Source: an uncultured Gammaproteobacteria bacterium (GTDB lineage: Bacteria > Patescibacteriota > Microgenomatia > UBA12405 > JAHJSD01). From it: 64,000 nt of DNA. Below are positions 1-9,183 of the stretch, one piece after another. Under the pieces are notes generated by a model. It worked only from the letters and a program-made list of their open reading frames with translations. It ran no database searches and was not told where the DNA came from. Each line of letters begins with the position of its first letter. Within the stretch, counting starts at the first letter, position 1. Location: contig CAZCGQ010000001.1 in the NCBI GenBank assembly GCA_964498425.1, forward strand, positions 5,779-69,778. The letters are read 5' to 3'. Both the position numbers and the translations under genes were made by a program.

Positions 1-15
1 CGGTAATTAATCCCT

Positions 16-1017
16 TCATCTTCTTTGATTATAAAAAGCTTCCGCTTCTTCCTTTAACTTTTTCCACCACTCCTTATTTTCTTCATACCAATCGATTGTT
101 TCCGCTAATCCTTCCTCTAAATCCATTTCCGGTTCCCATCCCAGTTCCTGCTTAATTTTTGACCAGTCAACGGCATACCGTCGGTCATGACTTGGTCGGT
201 CCTTAACAAACTCTAATCTATCCTCACCTAAATCCATCACCTTTAAAACTTTTTTGGCCAGTTCCAAATTGCTAACATCCGCCGTCTGGCCGCCAACACA
301 ATAAGTCTCTCCTGGTCTTCCTTGCTTAACCACTAAATCAATCGCCCGGCAGTGATCCTCAACAAACAACCAGTCCCTGACATACTTGCCGTCGCCCCAA
401 ATGTAAATCTTGCCTCCTTCAATCAAACTCGTCACCATCCTTGGAATAAACTTTTCAGGGTACTGATAAGGTCCGTAATTATTCGAACAATTAGTGATTG
501 TTATCGGCAAATCATAAGTATGAAAATAAGCCTTAACCAAGTGGTCAGCCGCCGCCTTCGACGCCGAATACGGACTTCTTGGGTCATACTTTGTTTTTTC
601 ATTAAATTTATCATCCGAATCTAAATCCAATGAGCCGTAAACCTCATCTGTCGAAATATGATGAAAATGCCCAACCTTATTTTCAACAGCGGCATCGAGA
701 AGGACCTGTGTTCCAACAATATTTGTCTCAACAAAAACCGCCGGGCCGTCAATTGACCGGTCAACGTGTGACTCCGCCGCAAAATGGACAATTAAATCAA
801 CGTCCTTAGTTAACTCATCAACCAAATCCGGATTACCAATATCTCCCTCAACAAACTGATAATTACTTTTGCCGTTAAATTCCTTTAAATTATCTAAATT
901 GCCGGCATAGGTTAATTTATCTAAGTTAGTTATCTGATCATCCGGATAATTGCGAAGCCAATAGTGAATGAAGTTACTGCCAATAAAACCTGCCCCACCC
1001 GTTACTAATATCTTCAT
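16..1017 (-). CDS. rfbB: dTDP-glucose 4,6-dehydratase
   Basis: 333 aa. N-terminal Rossmann motif GGAGFIGS and SDR catalytic YSASKAA. TGA stop at 16-18. Last gene of a minus-strand rfbC-rfbD-rfbB run. Confidence 0.9.
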   Translation of the reverse strand: MKILVTGGAGFIGSNFIHYWLRNYPDDQITNLDKLTYAGNLDNLKEFNGKSNYQFVEGDIGNPDLVDELTKDVDLIVHFAAESHVDRSIDGPAVFVETNIVGTQVLLDAAVENKVGHFHHISTDEVYGSLDLDSDDKFNEKTKYDPRSPYSASKAAADHLVKAYFHTYDLPITITNCSNNYGPYQYPEKFIPRMVTSLIEGGKIYIWGDGKYVRDWLFVEDHCRAIDLVVKQGRPGETYCVGGQTADVSNLELAKKVLKVMDLGEDRLEFVKDRPSHDRRYAVDWSKIKQELGWEPEMDLEEGLAETIDWYEENKEWWKKLKEEAEAFYNQRR

Positions 1018-1029
1018 AAACCGCGTTTC

Positions 1030-1959
1030 CTATTCTTGCATTTGGCTGACTAGTTTGTCAACAGATTTTTGCCAAGGGCTAAATACGACATCTAAATCAT
1101 TTTCTGTATTTAAGGTTGCCAACCCGCCTAATCTTGGCCGAGGAGTTACCCCTTCCTTCGACAAATAATCTTCCATAGAGCCTTGCTTAATTTTGTCCGG
1201 GTCACCACCGGTTTGCTCAATTAAATATCTAGCAAACTGGTACGGTGTAGTTAAATTACTGCTGGCCGCGTGAAACACTCCCGAAATTTGTTCATCAGCT
1301 ATCCTATCAATTACACCAACCAACTCATCAATGTATGTTGGTGTTAATTCCTGGTCTGAAAACATTGGATACAATTTACCCCGATTAAATTTAGACCATA
1401 TACCTCGGGCAAAATCTAATTTGCCGTTGTATTCGGCTCGAAACGGATAACTAATTCTGGCAATTGCCGATTGCTCAAGAACTTCTTCTACTCGTGACTC
1501 ACCAACCAATTTTGTCCAACCATACCAACTAAGGCTATCCGGCTGTTTGCCAAATATTGATATAAAAATATCCCTTTCATCTTCAAAATATGGACCAGGA
1601 TAGTCTTCTATTCCTGGAAAAACAAAATCTGTTGACAAGTGAACCAAAAACTTTTCTTCTTCCTGACAGGCTTCAGCTAAATTTTGGGGACCATCAGCGT
1701 TGACCCGCCAGGCTAATTCCGATTTCTCTTTTTCGGCACCATCTACATCGGTCATTGCCGCAAAATTCACCACAACATCACCGCTGAACTCTTCAATTCG
1801 TTCTCTTACTGCTGTTGGATCAGTAATATCCAATTCACTACTTCCAGATATCACTTCCGTCGGAAATTTTGTCAATTGAACGAAGCGGGAGCCAACCAAT
1901 CCACCACCACCGATTACCAAAACTTCTTTATTCATCTTTATCCAGGCTGAACTTCCCAA
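1030..1959 (-). CDS. rfbD: dTDP-4-dehydrorhamnose reductase (RmlD-like)
   Basis: 309 aa. GGGGLVGS Rossmann motif. HLSTDFVFPG and YGWTKLVGE match the RmlD motifs HYSTDYVFPG and YGKTKLAGE. TAG stop at 1030-1032. Confidence 0.75.
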   Translation of the reverse strand: MGSSAWIKMNKEVLVIGGGGLVGSRFVQLTKFPTEVISGSSELDITDPTAVRERIEEFSGDVVVNFAAMTDVDGAEKEKSELAWRVNADGPQNLAEACQEEEKFLVHLSTDFVFPGIEDYPGPYFEDERDIFISIFGKQPDSLSWYGWTKLVGESRVEEVLEQSAIARISYPFRAEYNGKLDFARGIWSKFNRGKLYPMFSDQELTPTYIDELVGVIDRIADEQISGVFHAASSNLTTPYQFARYLIEQTGGDPDKIKQGSMEDYLSKEGVTPRPRLGGLATLNTENDLDVVFSPWQKSVDKLVSQMQE

Positions 1960-2504
1960 AAATCTCTACCAACTTGATGATCATAAGGCAATCGATGTTC
2001 ATCAGTACCATCAAAATGATTACTAACCAGATAAATCAACCCTGCCTTTTCTTGTGACCGATTAGCAACACCATGGGCAACACCTCGAGGAATATGAACC
2101 TGATAAGGTTTACCCTGGCCTAAAATTAACCTCATCACTTCTCCTTTGGTTGTTGATTTCTCCCTTAAATCCATTAAACCAATAATTAAAGGTGGGCTAT
2201 CCGGAGTTGGCATCCAAACTTCATCCTGGTTTAAATGAAAGTGCCAGGCCTTTGTTGTTCCCGGAATCATCATTGAAAAATTAATTTGACGGACTTCCAT
2301 CTCAGGTAATCCTTCAAACTCAATTTTACCTGCTTCGCTCAATCTAGTTACTTCTGAAAAAGTCCCATCTTCAGCAGTAAAATGTTTTGCCTGAGCAATA
2401 CAAACCCCTTCAATTTGGGGGCGGCTTTCATATTCTTGTCGTGAAGCTAAAGAACTGTACTCTTGAGCAATAATTGACTTTGAGTAGTCAAACCTTTCCG
2501 TCAT
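1938..2504 (-). CDS. rfbC: dTDP-4-dehydrorhamnose 3,5-epimerase (RmlC-like cupin)
   Basis: 188 aa. WHFHLNQ and IPRGVAHGV correspond to RmlC LHFQ and GFAHGF. Overlaps the rfbD start, suggesting an operon. Confidence 0.7.
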   Translation of the reverse strand: MTERFDYSKSIIAQEYSSLASRQEYESRPQIEGVCIAQAKHFTAEDGTFSEVTRLSEAGKIEFEGLPEMEVRQINFSMMIPGTTKAWHFHLNQDEVWMPTPDSPPLIIGLMDLREKSTTKGEVMRLILGQGKPYQVHIPRGVAHGVANRSQEKAGLIYLVSNHFDGTDEHRLPYDHQVGRDFWEVQPG

Positions 2505-2585
2505 ATGTATATTATAACTTATTTGATTGAAAGTTGCCCGCCCTCGGCTTCACCGTGGCGAGGCCGGGGAAAATTAGTAAATTAT

Positions 2586-3086
2586 CTAGGTATATTTGTC
2601 AGCAACTGAAGCAGCAGCAAAAGCCCGCGGCTTAACCTTAGCCTTAAAGCCATTCCCATTAACCATCCCAACCAATTCCTTTATCATCTGCCGACTTGGA
2701 CCGTTTTCACCAACGTCAATGTGAATTTCCAACTCTTCATAATGTCCATTTAAATCCTCTTTCAAAATGTCCAATAGACGCCTGGCCGCTTCCAGCGAAG
2801 CAACTGTTTCCCGATAGAGTTTTTCCTTCAAAGAATAGACGTTTTCCACCTTTTCCTTCGACCAGAAATAACGGCCGCCTCGACCCTTACGGTGAATAAC
2901 CACCGCCGTTACTAAATCTATTCCGGGCTTCGTCTTGACGTTCTTTGAACGTGAGTCAGACCCAATAATCAGCTGATAATTCATCTCCGGCTCTTCCAAA
3001 ATAAAGTTCCTAATTTCAGAACCGAGCTGAGACCAGCTAACCTTACCCTTGGTAATATTTCTTAAGTAATCTCTCATTGCCGCCAA
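2586..3086 (-). CDS. DUF458/YkuK-family RNase H-like protein
   Basis: 166 aa. YQLIIGSDSR matches YkuK YRLMIGTDSQ and the C-terminal VKPRAFAAASVADKYT matches VKPDSFVAMSYANRYTK. Confidence 0.65.
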   Translation of the reverse strand: MAAMRDYLRNITKGKVSWSQLGSEIRNFILEEPEMNYQLIIGSDSRSKNVKTKPGIDLVTAVVIHRKGRGGRYFWSKEKVENVYSLKEKLYRETVASLEAARRLLDILKEDLNGHYEELEIHIDVGENGPSRQMIKELVGMVNGNGFKAKVKPRAFAAASVADKYT

Positions 3087-3097
3087 TTATAGCATTT

Positions 3098-3367
3098 TTA
3101 ACCCCGAAGTATAGCCGAAAGGATTATACTTGTCCCCAAAATTGCAAAAAGCAAATACTCAATCCCTATTTTCGGGCAAAAGTCGCCTCTTTGCTTATGG
3201 TGCCAGACCCCCCAGAAAAAATAGAACAGTCCCATAGCAATCACGACCAGCTTTCTAACCATTATAGGATAAGGGAAACTAAAATATACGACAGCCGCCA
3301 CCGAAAAACCCAGGTATAAAATCAAAAAATCAATCGGTCGGTTGTTAATTTCTTTTCTAAAAAACAT
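3098..3367 (-). CDS. small integral membrane protein (3 predicted TM helices)
   Basis: 89-aa hydrophobic ORF packed tightly between neighbouring genes. No recognised family. Confidence 0.3.
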   Translation of the reverse strand: MFFRKEINNRPIDFLILYLGFSVAAVVYFSFPYPIMVRKLVVIAMGLFYFFWGVWHHKQRGDFCPKIGIEYLLFAILGTSIILSAILRG

Positions 3368-4245
3368 TAAAATATTGCTCCCGCCTGACTTCCTAATAAT
3401 ACTAAGATTAATACTACACCCATAAATCCTAAATGCGCAGTTGTCCGTCCGGTTGTCCGATAAATTTTCTTTCTGACGAATAAATACCCGTCCAAAAGCA
3501 AAGCCCCGGTTACTAAACCAATGACAAATGTACTTATCTTCTGGGTTAATCCCAGTGGATTAATTAACGGTTGAACATTGGGTTCTGTTTCTTTTATAAC
3601 AGAAGCATCAGCAACTTTTACCGGAACAGCCTGTTGAACCTCTTTGCTGGCTTGCGGAGCATTCGCTACTTGAGCCTGAGAAGGCGTCCCGAAAAACTGA
3701 ACAACCAAGGTTGTCTTTATTCCTTCTAAAGTTCCATTAACCACAGCCACGCCAATCTCCTTGTACTTCGGATTAACAATATTATCGCGATGAGTTGGAG
3801 ATTCCATCCAGGCTTGAACAACATCGTCAGCGTTCATAAAATCCCTGGCTAAATTTTCACCAGCCACCCGATAATCATAGCCAACCTCTCGGAAAAACTC
3901 CCAGGGTTCACGACCGCTTGGGGACTCATGAGCCCAATAATCAAAAGCAAACATATCTCCCGCCTTCAACTGTGCCCCCTGGCTCAATGTTTGATTAATT
4001 TTCAATGGGGCCAACCCCAATTTAGCTCTTTCCTGGTTGGTATACTCAACAATCTTTTCCGGAGTAATATCAGAGGCATAACCTAACACTCCCGGTTGAA
4101 TCAAGGCAAAAACATTTAAGGAGACCTGACTAAGGAGAAAGGTAACAACTAAAAAAGCCAAAAAGGGCAAATCCAAGATACCCGCTCTATAGTTATTACG
4201 TCGGCGGGGTAAAAAAAGTGCTTCCACTCTTCGTTTTAGACCCAT
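3367..4245 (-). CDS. CAP (SCP/PR-1/YkwD-like) domain protein with N-terminal TM and C-terminal TM segments
   Basis: 292 aa. YWAHESPSGREPWEFF...GENLARDF...AWMESPTHRDNI...EIGVAVV is a CAP-domain signature. Confidence 0.7.
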   Translation of the reverse strand: MGLKRRVEALFLPRRRNNYRAGILDLPFLAFLVVTFLLSQVSLNVFALIQPGVLGYASDITPEKIVEYTNQERAKLGLAPLKINQTLSQGAQLKAGDMFAFDYWAHESPSGREPWEFFREVGYDYRVAGENLARDFMNADDVVQAWMESPTHRDNIVNPKYKEIGVAVVNGTLEGIKTTLVVQFFGTPSQAQVANAPQASKEVQQAVPVKVADASVIKETEPNVQPLINPLGLTQKISTFVIGLVTGALLLDGYLFVRKKIYRTTGRTTAHLGFMGVVLILVLLGSQAGAIF

Positions 4246-4257
4246 TACAACTTCATG

Positions 4258-5505
4258 TTACACTCTTTTTTTGAAAATGTGAAGTGCTAGAAAAGGAAGT
4301 AGCAAACTTAATATGGTTGCCAACCACGTCCAAGAGCAATAAATGCTCGGTTCCCACCAACGGTGAGCCAACTTATCTCCAAGAAAACCAAGCAATGAAA
4401 TCAATACCGGAACCAACCACAATTTCTTGTTCTCATCAAAGTCATCTCTTCTCCGGTAAACAAATATGCTGTTGATAATTAAAGCCACTATCGTCAACAG
4501 CCACCAAAAACAATTCCTGGCCGTCATCACCCCTGCCTCCTGACCTTCTTCAAACTCTCCCTCTCCGCCAACTTCTCCTTCCGTTGCCTCTCCTTGCACT
4601 TCTTCAAATCCTTCCGCCGGCCCTTCCACTACCGGCCCAACCCCAGCACCCTCAACAAACCCAGCAACCCCAACTTCTTCACTTGAATATGGTCCCGGAG
4701 CACAATCATTAACCGCCCTGACCAGGAAATAATACGTTCCGCCCGGAGTTAAACCGGAAACAGTGTAAGAAGTTACATTCCCGACATTATAATTCCCGTA
4801 AAGATAAACCCCCGAAGTTGTTCCGTAAACAATAGCGTAATGGGTAACCGTCCCAGTATCAGGTGGTGTCCAGCTTAAATTAACTTGACCAACCCCACCG
4901 CTAACCGCCGTTAAACCCAAAGGCACACCCGGTTTATCGGCATCACAGCCACCGTCACCGGCCCCGCCAAGCCCCCCATCAGTGGTAGTTGTTGTATCTC
5001 CATCTATATCACCATCCGCTAGACTTTCAAAACCAAAATTAAAATCAAATGATAAATTTTTCGACTGGTAAAGGTTACCCACACTTGTCGGAAGTTCAGC
5101 TGACAATTGATAATCCTTGTCGTCCCCGGTGATTACACTGGAAAGAATTAAATAACCTTCATTTTCCAAATCCGTCAACGTCCCAGAGAACAGACTCGCT
5201 CCAGCCGTTTCTTTGACCTCAACCTCTATCTTTTCACCTAAACTGTCAGGGTCAGTAAAGTTAACTATTTCCAAGGCAAATTCTCGATCCTCACCATAAT
5301 TATTCTCCGCCTTGATTTCTTTAGTCACTGTCCACCCCGGATAAATATTTCCTTCAGAAAATAGCGGCTTGGTTCCGGTTGAACTACACCCGCCAGAATC
5401 ACAGCTGACTGTCAAGTCAACGGCACTCGCCGGCAGACTAAAAATAAACAAACCCAAACCAATCCCGACAAAAAAAATTATTTTCTTGATCATTAATTTT
5501 GCCAA
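4258..5505 (-). CDS. secreted/membrane-anchored fibronectin type III domain protein
   Basis: 415 aa. Sec-type signal peptide (ASA|VD). FN3 signature VNLSWTPPDTGTVTHYAIVYG...YYFLVRAVND. Gly/Glu-rich linker and two or three C-terminal TM helices. Confidence 0.6.
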   Translation of the reverse strand: MAKLMIKKIIFFVGIGLGLFIFSLPASAVDLTVSCDSGGCSSTGTKPLFSEGNIYPGWTVTKEIKAENNYGEDREFALEIVNFTDPDSLGEKIEVEVKETAGASLFSGTLTDLENEGYLILSSVITGDDKDYQLSAELPTSVGNLYQSKNLSFDFNFGFESLADGDIDGDTTTTTDGGLGGAGDGGCDADKPGVPLGLTAVSGGVGQVNLSWTPPDTGTVTHYAIVYGTTSGVYLYGNYNVGNVTSYTVSGLTPGGTYYFLVRAVNDCAPGPYSSEEVGVAGFVEGAGVGPVVEGPAEGFEEVQGEATEGEVGGEGEFEEGQEAGVMTARNCFWWLLTIVALIINSIFVYRRRDDFDENKKLWLVPVLISLLGFLGDKLAHRWWEPSIYCSWTWLATILSLLLPFLALHIFKKRV

Positions 5506-7469
5506 TTAAATTGACGGCTGTCCGTCCCTAAAATATTATTTCCGTCTTTATAAAGCAAGTGTATCTCCATATTATCAACATTTTCATGAGGAGTACATAC
5601 CTCGCCTTCTGTCGAACATGACCCGATGTAAAGCGGATCCAAATTCAAATTTGGCACGTCCAGCTGTTTTTCTTTAACACCTTCAATTTGCATTTGAACA
5701 TCCTGACCTTGATAAACGTGATCATAAAATACCGAGTATTTTACCTGATCAAAACCCTGAGCATTACTAAATCCAATCATCAAATCCTCATTGTCTTGGC
5801 TGATATCAACCTGAATATGACTGTGCGGATTCGTCCCCGGGTTAGGTGACGTCAACACTTCCCAATCCGAAGGGCTATCCGTATCTACCCCTAGGGTTTT
5901 TCTAGCGATTGATCCACCGTCACCCGCTAACGGAGTTACTCCATTACCACTGCCAAAAGCATAACTGTCATCCCCCCAGCTGACAGCGTCAATTAGTGTA
6001 CCATTCCCATCCTTTAGGACTATTCTGTCTCCACTGTTTGATAAGCCATTACCAATTTTTTGTCCCAAAGAAACCTTTACTGCACTAGATGGAATAGTCC
6101 AATTAGACCAGGTACTTGCACTTTTAGCTAAAACCATGTAGCCATTGGCTGGAATATAGGTATTGGAATGACTTATTGTATCCCCTCCACTGTTATCGCC
6201 TAATGTCCAATCCTTCAAATTAACCTGACTGCTTGTATTATTGTAAAGTTCAACCCACTCATCTGGGTTCGAATCATTGCCTTCATTTTCTCCGGACGCA
6301 ACATCATAATAAACTTCATTAATTACCACATCTGCCAATCCATTCTCATTACTATTTCCACTAGAACCGCCTGATGTATCAATAACAAAATGCTCTAAAG
6401 CCGACCACCCGCTCAAGTTGCCGCTGGTATCCTCCGCTTGTACCTGCCAGTAATAATCGTTGTCTGCTGTTGTTCCAGCTTGATACTCAGAATTAGTTCT
6501 GAATAATCCTGTCGGATTAGGCCAAACTGTTCCCGTTGGCGAGCCAATATATATCCGGTAGTAATAACCGGCTATCCCATAATCATCGGTTGAATCCGCC
6601 CACTGCATTAGCGGGGTATTATCAGAAATTACTACGCCATTTATTGGCCATTCCAAAACTGGAATGCTTGGAGGTTGATCAAGGGTTAAATCTCCGCAAA
6701 CATCAGACATATCACTTTCATTGCCGTCCTTATCAACAGCAATAATTGTGTAGTAATAAGGATTATGCCCGGGAGTCATATTAGCTTCGTAATAGCTAAT
6801 TGGTGCATAAACCTTCTTGTGGTACTTATTAAACTGCGTTCCCAGCCAATAGTAATCAATATCCGCTTCCGGATTATCGTCCCAGTCAATTGTAATTTGC
6901 GGACTGGTTGTCAACCCATCACAGCCAACTTCAACTTTACCACTGCCATACCCTTGATAAATAGTCATCCCGCTTGGTTTTGATGGGGCGTTTTTAACTG
7001 TTACCACCACCCAATCAACCGAATCCCCATCAACTTCTGGATCATTAGGCACCGGTGCTAAATTCGGTTCTTTATTTCCAGACCCATCCCGAGCTTCAAG
7101 TTTAATTACATATTGGCCATCTGGAACAGTAGTCGTATCCCAAGTGTACAGAAGCTCGGAGTTAACATTGGTTGTCCGGTTAACTACGCCTGGAAATCCC
7201 GAAACCAAGTTGTTCGTTAACATATCCTCAGCAGCTAACCAATAGTGATGAGGATCATTATCAGTAATACTACCAATAATTGGAACTGCTCCTGATACAG
7301 TATATCCGTCTGATAAGCTTTCTATTTTTACCGCTGGTGCCGTCCAATCCCCTGATGAAAAATTAACCGTCGTAACCTTTTGATCAGTAAAAAAAGAATT
7401 GGTTATTGATATCCCATTAAGATTAAATAGCAATATTAAGAACAGTAGTTTAAATATCTTTTTTTTCAT
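5493..7469 (-). CDS. large secreted lamin-tail-domain (LTD) plus FN3-like repeat protein with SipW-cognate-type signal peptide
   Basis: 658 aa. N-terminal signal ends NSFFTDQKV..SSGDW (TasA-type A-F-x-D motif). LTD motif VINEVYYD...DEWVELYNNTSSQVNLKDWTL. Overlaps the sipW stop by 4 nt. Confidence 0.65.
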   Translation of the reverse strand: MKKKIFKLLFLILLFNLNGISITNSFFTDQKVTTVNFSSGDWTAPAVKIESLSDGYTVSGAVPIIGSITDNDPHHYWLAAEDMLTNNLVSGFPGVVNRTTNVNSELLYTWDTTTVPDGQYVIKLEARDGSGNKEPNLAPVPNDPEVDGDSVDWVVVTVKNAPSKPSGMTIYQGYGSGKVEVGCDGLTTSPQITIDWDDNPEADIDYYWLGTQFNKYHKKVYAPISYYEANMTPGHNPYYYTIIAVDKDGNESDMSDVCGDLTLDQPPSIPVLEWPINGVVISDNTPLMQWADSTDDYGIAGYYYRIYIGSPTGTVWPNPTGLFRTNSEYQAGTTADNDYYWQVQAEDTSGNLSGWSALEHFVIDTSGGSSGNSNENGLADVVINEVYYDVASGENEGNDSNPDEWVELYNNTSSQVNLKDWTLGDNSGGDTISHSNTYIPANGYMVLAKSASTWSNWTIPSSAVKVSLGQKIGNGLSNSGDRIVLKDGNGTLIDAVSWGDDSYAFGSGNGVTPLAGDGGSIARKTLGVDTDSPSDWEVLTSPNPGTNPHSHIQVDISQDNEDLMIGFSNAQGFDQVKYSVFYDHVYQGQDVQMQIEGVKEKQLDVPNLNLDPLYIGSCSTEGEVCTPHENVDNMEIHLLYKDGNNILGTDSRQFNWQN

Positions 7470-8056
7470 TCCTTGTTTGTTTCCTTTCCTGCCATCATCT
7501 CATCAACCTCATCATCAACTTCTTTAACCTTATTAAAGACCTTTCCTAATTCGTTTTTAATGTTGATGATCTCGCTGTAAACAATAATTACTGCTGGTAT
7601 AACAATCAAAACAATTAAACCTTCTTGCGTTTTCGCAAATGATATTATATGCCCAGCTAATGGAATCGAAAAAATCATCCCACCGATAATTTGCCCTTTG
7701 CTAATTGGTTCGCTATCATTCACATCATTGGCATCACCCTTTGTAACATATTGCATTCGATCATTATCCTCAATTATCTCAACTATCCGATGCGTTGTTG
7801 TATTTTCCGGCGTTGGATTATTAATATCACTCCTGGATTTATAGGTAATTACTTGGCCCTCCTTATATTCTCCCTGCGGCTTAACTAGCACTAAACTACC
7901 AACTGGTACACTTGGTTCCATTGAACCCGACAAAACTGTATATAATCTAAAACCCTTAGGCAAATTTAAAGCTGATATTCCAACCGTTCCCGCAATTAAA
8001 GCCAAAAAAATTATTATTAACCAATAGCTTATTTTTTTTACTAGCTTGAGATTCAT
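7466..8056 (-). CDS. sipW: signal peptidase I, archaeal/ER (Sec11/SipW) type
   Basis: 196 aa. N-terminal TM, catalytic-Ser motif LSGSMEPS, conserved TKGDANDVND (GDxN), C-terminal TM. Confidence 0.8.
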   Translation of the reverse strand: MNLKLVKKISYWLIIIFLALIAGTVGISALNLPKGFRLYTVLSGSMEPSVPVGSLVLVKPQGEYKEGQVITYKSRSDINNPTPENTTTHRIVEIIEDNDRMQYVTKGDANDVNDSEPISKGQIIGGMIFSIPLAGHIISFAKTQEGLIVLIVIPAVIIVYSEIINIKNELGKVFNKVKEVDDEVDEMMAGKETNKE

Positions 8057-8104
8057 TTTTTAATATAAATATATATAAACAATTATAATTTCTATGCTTA
8101 GTTA

Positions 8105-8132
8105 GTTGCGCGAAGATCTCTCCTCACGCAAC
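8105..8132 (-). other. GC-rich hairpin (GTTGCG...CGCAAC) between the tasA-like gene and sipW
   Basis: Imperfect hairpin in the 95-nt intercistronic gap with no adjoining U-run. Possible partial attenuator or mRNA processing site. Confidence 0.25.
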
Positions 8133-8151
8133 CCAGCTAAACATAGCTATT

Positions 8152-8748
8152 TTACTCGTTCCAACCAGGATTTATAAACTGAGTACCATCAACAACAATA
8201 TCTGCTACAGCATTAGCTCCTTGAAATTCATTTCCAGCTGATGAATCTAGCTGAAAGTATAATGCAAAACAGTGAGTAATATTGGGTGATAATTTACCTC
8301 CCCCAATTGAATCAGTTGTTGAATCCCAATTCAAATTTTTAAGCTTACCGGTATAGGTATTTTGAATTGGGCTTATATCCTCGAGATTTGCCCCAGTCAT
8401 ACAATTACCATGGTTAACCTTTACATTCAGCTTATTATAAAACCCTGATACTGATTCACTTTCCTTATCATCATAAAAGCGATATTTCATATCTACCGTA
8501 GAGGAAGGTGTGTTTTTATTATAAATTTTCATTTTATAAGGGCCACTCCAATCTCCTCCCGGCTCCAGATCGGATAAAGTTAAACTTACTGATTCCGTCA
8601 TATCACCATTCAAAGTAAAATCAAGTGCTCCAGCCGCAAATGTATTACTCTCAACAACAGCTTGATCTGTAAAATATGCACTGGTGGCACCAACGGTAAC
8701 AGCACTAACTACGCCGATCACGAATAGGCTAATTAAAATCTTTTTCAT
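8152..8748 (-). CDS. TasA/camelysin (peptidase M73) family secreted protein with SipW-cognate signal peptide
   Basis: 198 aa. Signal ends GATSAYFTDQAVVESNTFAAGALDFT, compared with TasA TWAAFNDIKSKDATFASGTLDLS. C-terminal TQFINPGWN compared with TasA ATQWNG. ATGA overlap with the upstream gene. Confidence 0.7.
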   Translation of the reverse strand: MKKILISLFVIGVVSAVTVGATSAYFTDQAVVESNTFAAGALDFTLNGDMTESVSLTLSDLEPGGDWSGPYKMKIYNKNTPSSTVDMKYRFYDDKESESVSGFYNKLNVKVNHGNCMTGANLEDISPIQNTYTGKLKNLNWDSTTDSIGGGKLSPNITHCFALYFQLDSSAGNEFQGANAVADIVVDGTQFINPGWNE

Positions 8749-8981
8749 CTATTTTCACCTCCTTTCCTTTCATCAATCATCAATTCGTCTTCAACCACCA
8801 TTGGGGAATATCTTGGATTTAAAACATCAAGACATTCAACTAAGGTAATAGCACCCCACCGACAAGCCAATATAACCTGATCTGAAATTGCTTTTAATCT
8901 CTCAGTGTCGCCCTCTTGCTCTAACTTCAAAACGATTTCTTGTAATCGTTTTTTTCCCTTTTTCCGTTCAGTTAAAGGCAT
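8745..8981 (-). CDS. small cytoplasmic protein, first gene of the sipW/tasA-like operon
   Basis: 78 aa, charged and helical, no recognisable family. Strong SD AGGGAGGT 6 nt upstream of its ATG. Confidence 0.4.
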   Translation of the reverse strand: MPLTERKKGKKRLQEIVLKLEQEGDTERLKAISDQVILACRWGAITLVECLDVLNPRYSPMVVEDELMIDERKGGENR

Positions 8982-9045
8982 ATGTACCTCCCTTGGGGCT
9001 CTGAGGCAGGAGGTTGAAGATTATTGAGGTATATTTTCATTTATT

Positions 9046-9059
9046 GTTCTTTAGAGAAC
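9046..9059 (-). promoter_or_regulatory. inverted-repeat operator GTTCTTTAGAGAAC (SinR-type GTTCTYT half-sites)
   Basis: Perfect 7+7 inverted repeat located about 15 nt downstream of the -10 element, overlapping the predicted +1. Matches the B. subtilis SinR consensus GTTCTYT. Confidence 0.5.
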
Positions 9060-9074
9060 AAAACTAATACCTTG

Positions 9075-9103
9075 ATAATATAACTCTGCCAATTATTTGT
9101 CAA
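9075..9103 (-). promoter_or_regulatory. sigma70-type promoter of the small-ORF/tasA-like/sipW operon
   Basis: Minus-strand TTGACA, 17-nt spacer, TATTAT, about 95 nt upstream of the 8981 start codon. Confidence 0.55.
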
Positions 9104-9183
9104 GAAAAGATATCCATATAACTAACTTAGGGGATAGCTAATATATACCTAAACAAGCAGTTGATCGTCTTAGATAGTGGAAA

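Noticed and set aside
352-624. Plus-strand ORFs nested inside minus-strand genes (for example 352-624, 6536-6983, 12424-12716, 17676-18768, 22723-23105, 58215-59208)
   Set aside because: They lie antisense within well-supported conserved genes, have no RBS and low-complexity translations. These are typical shadow ORFs.
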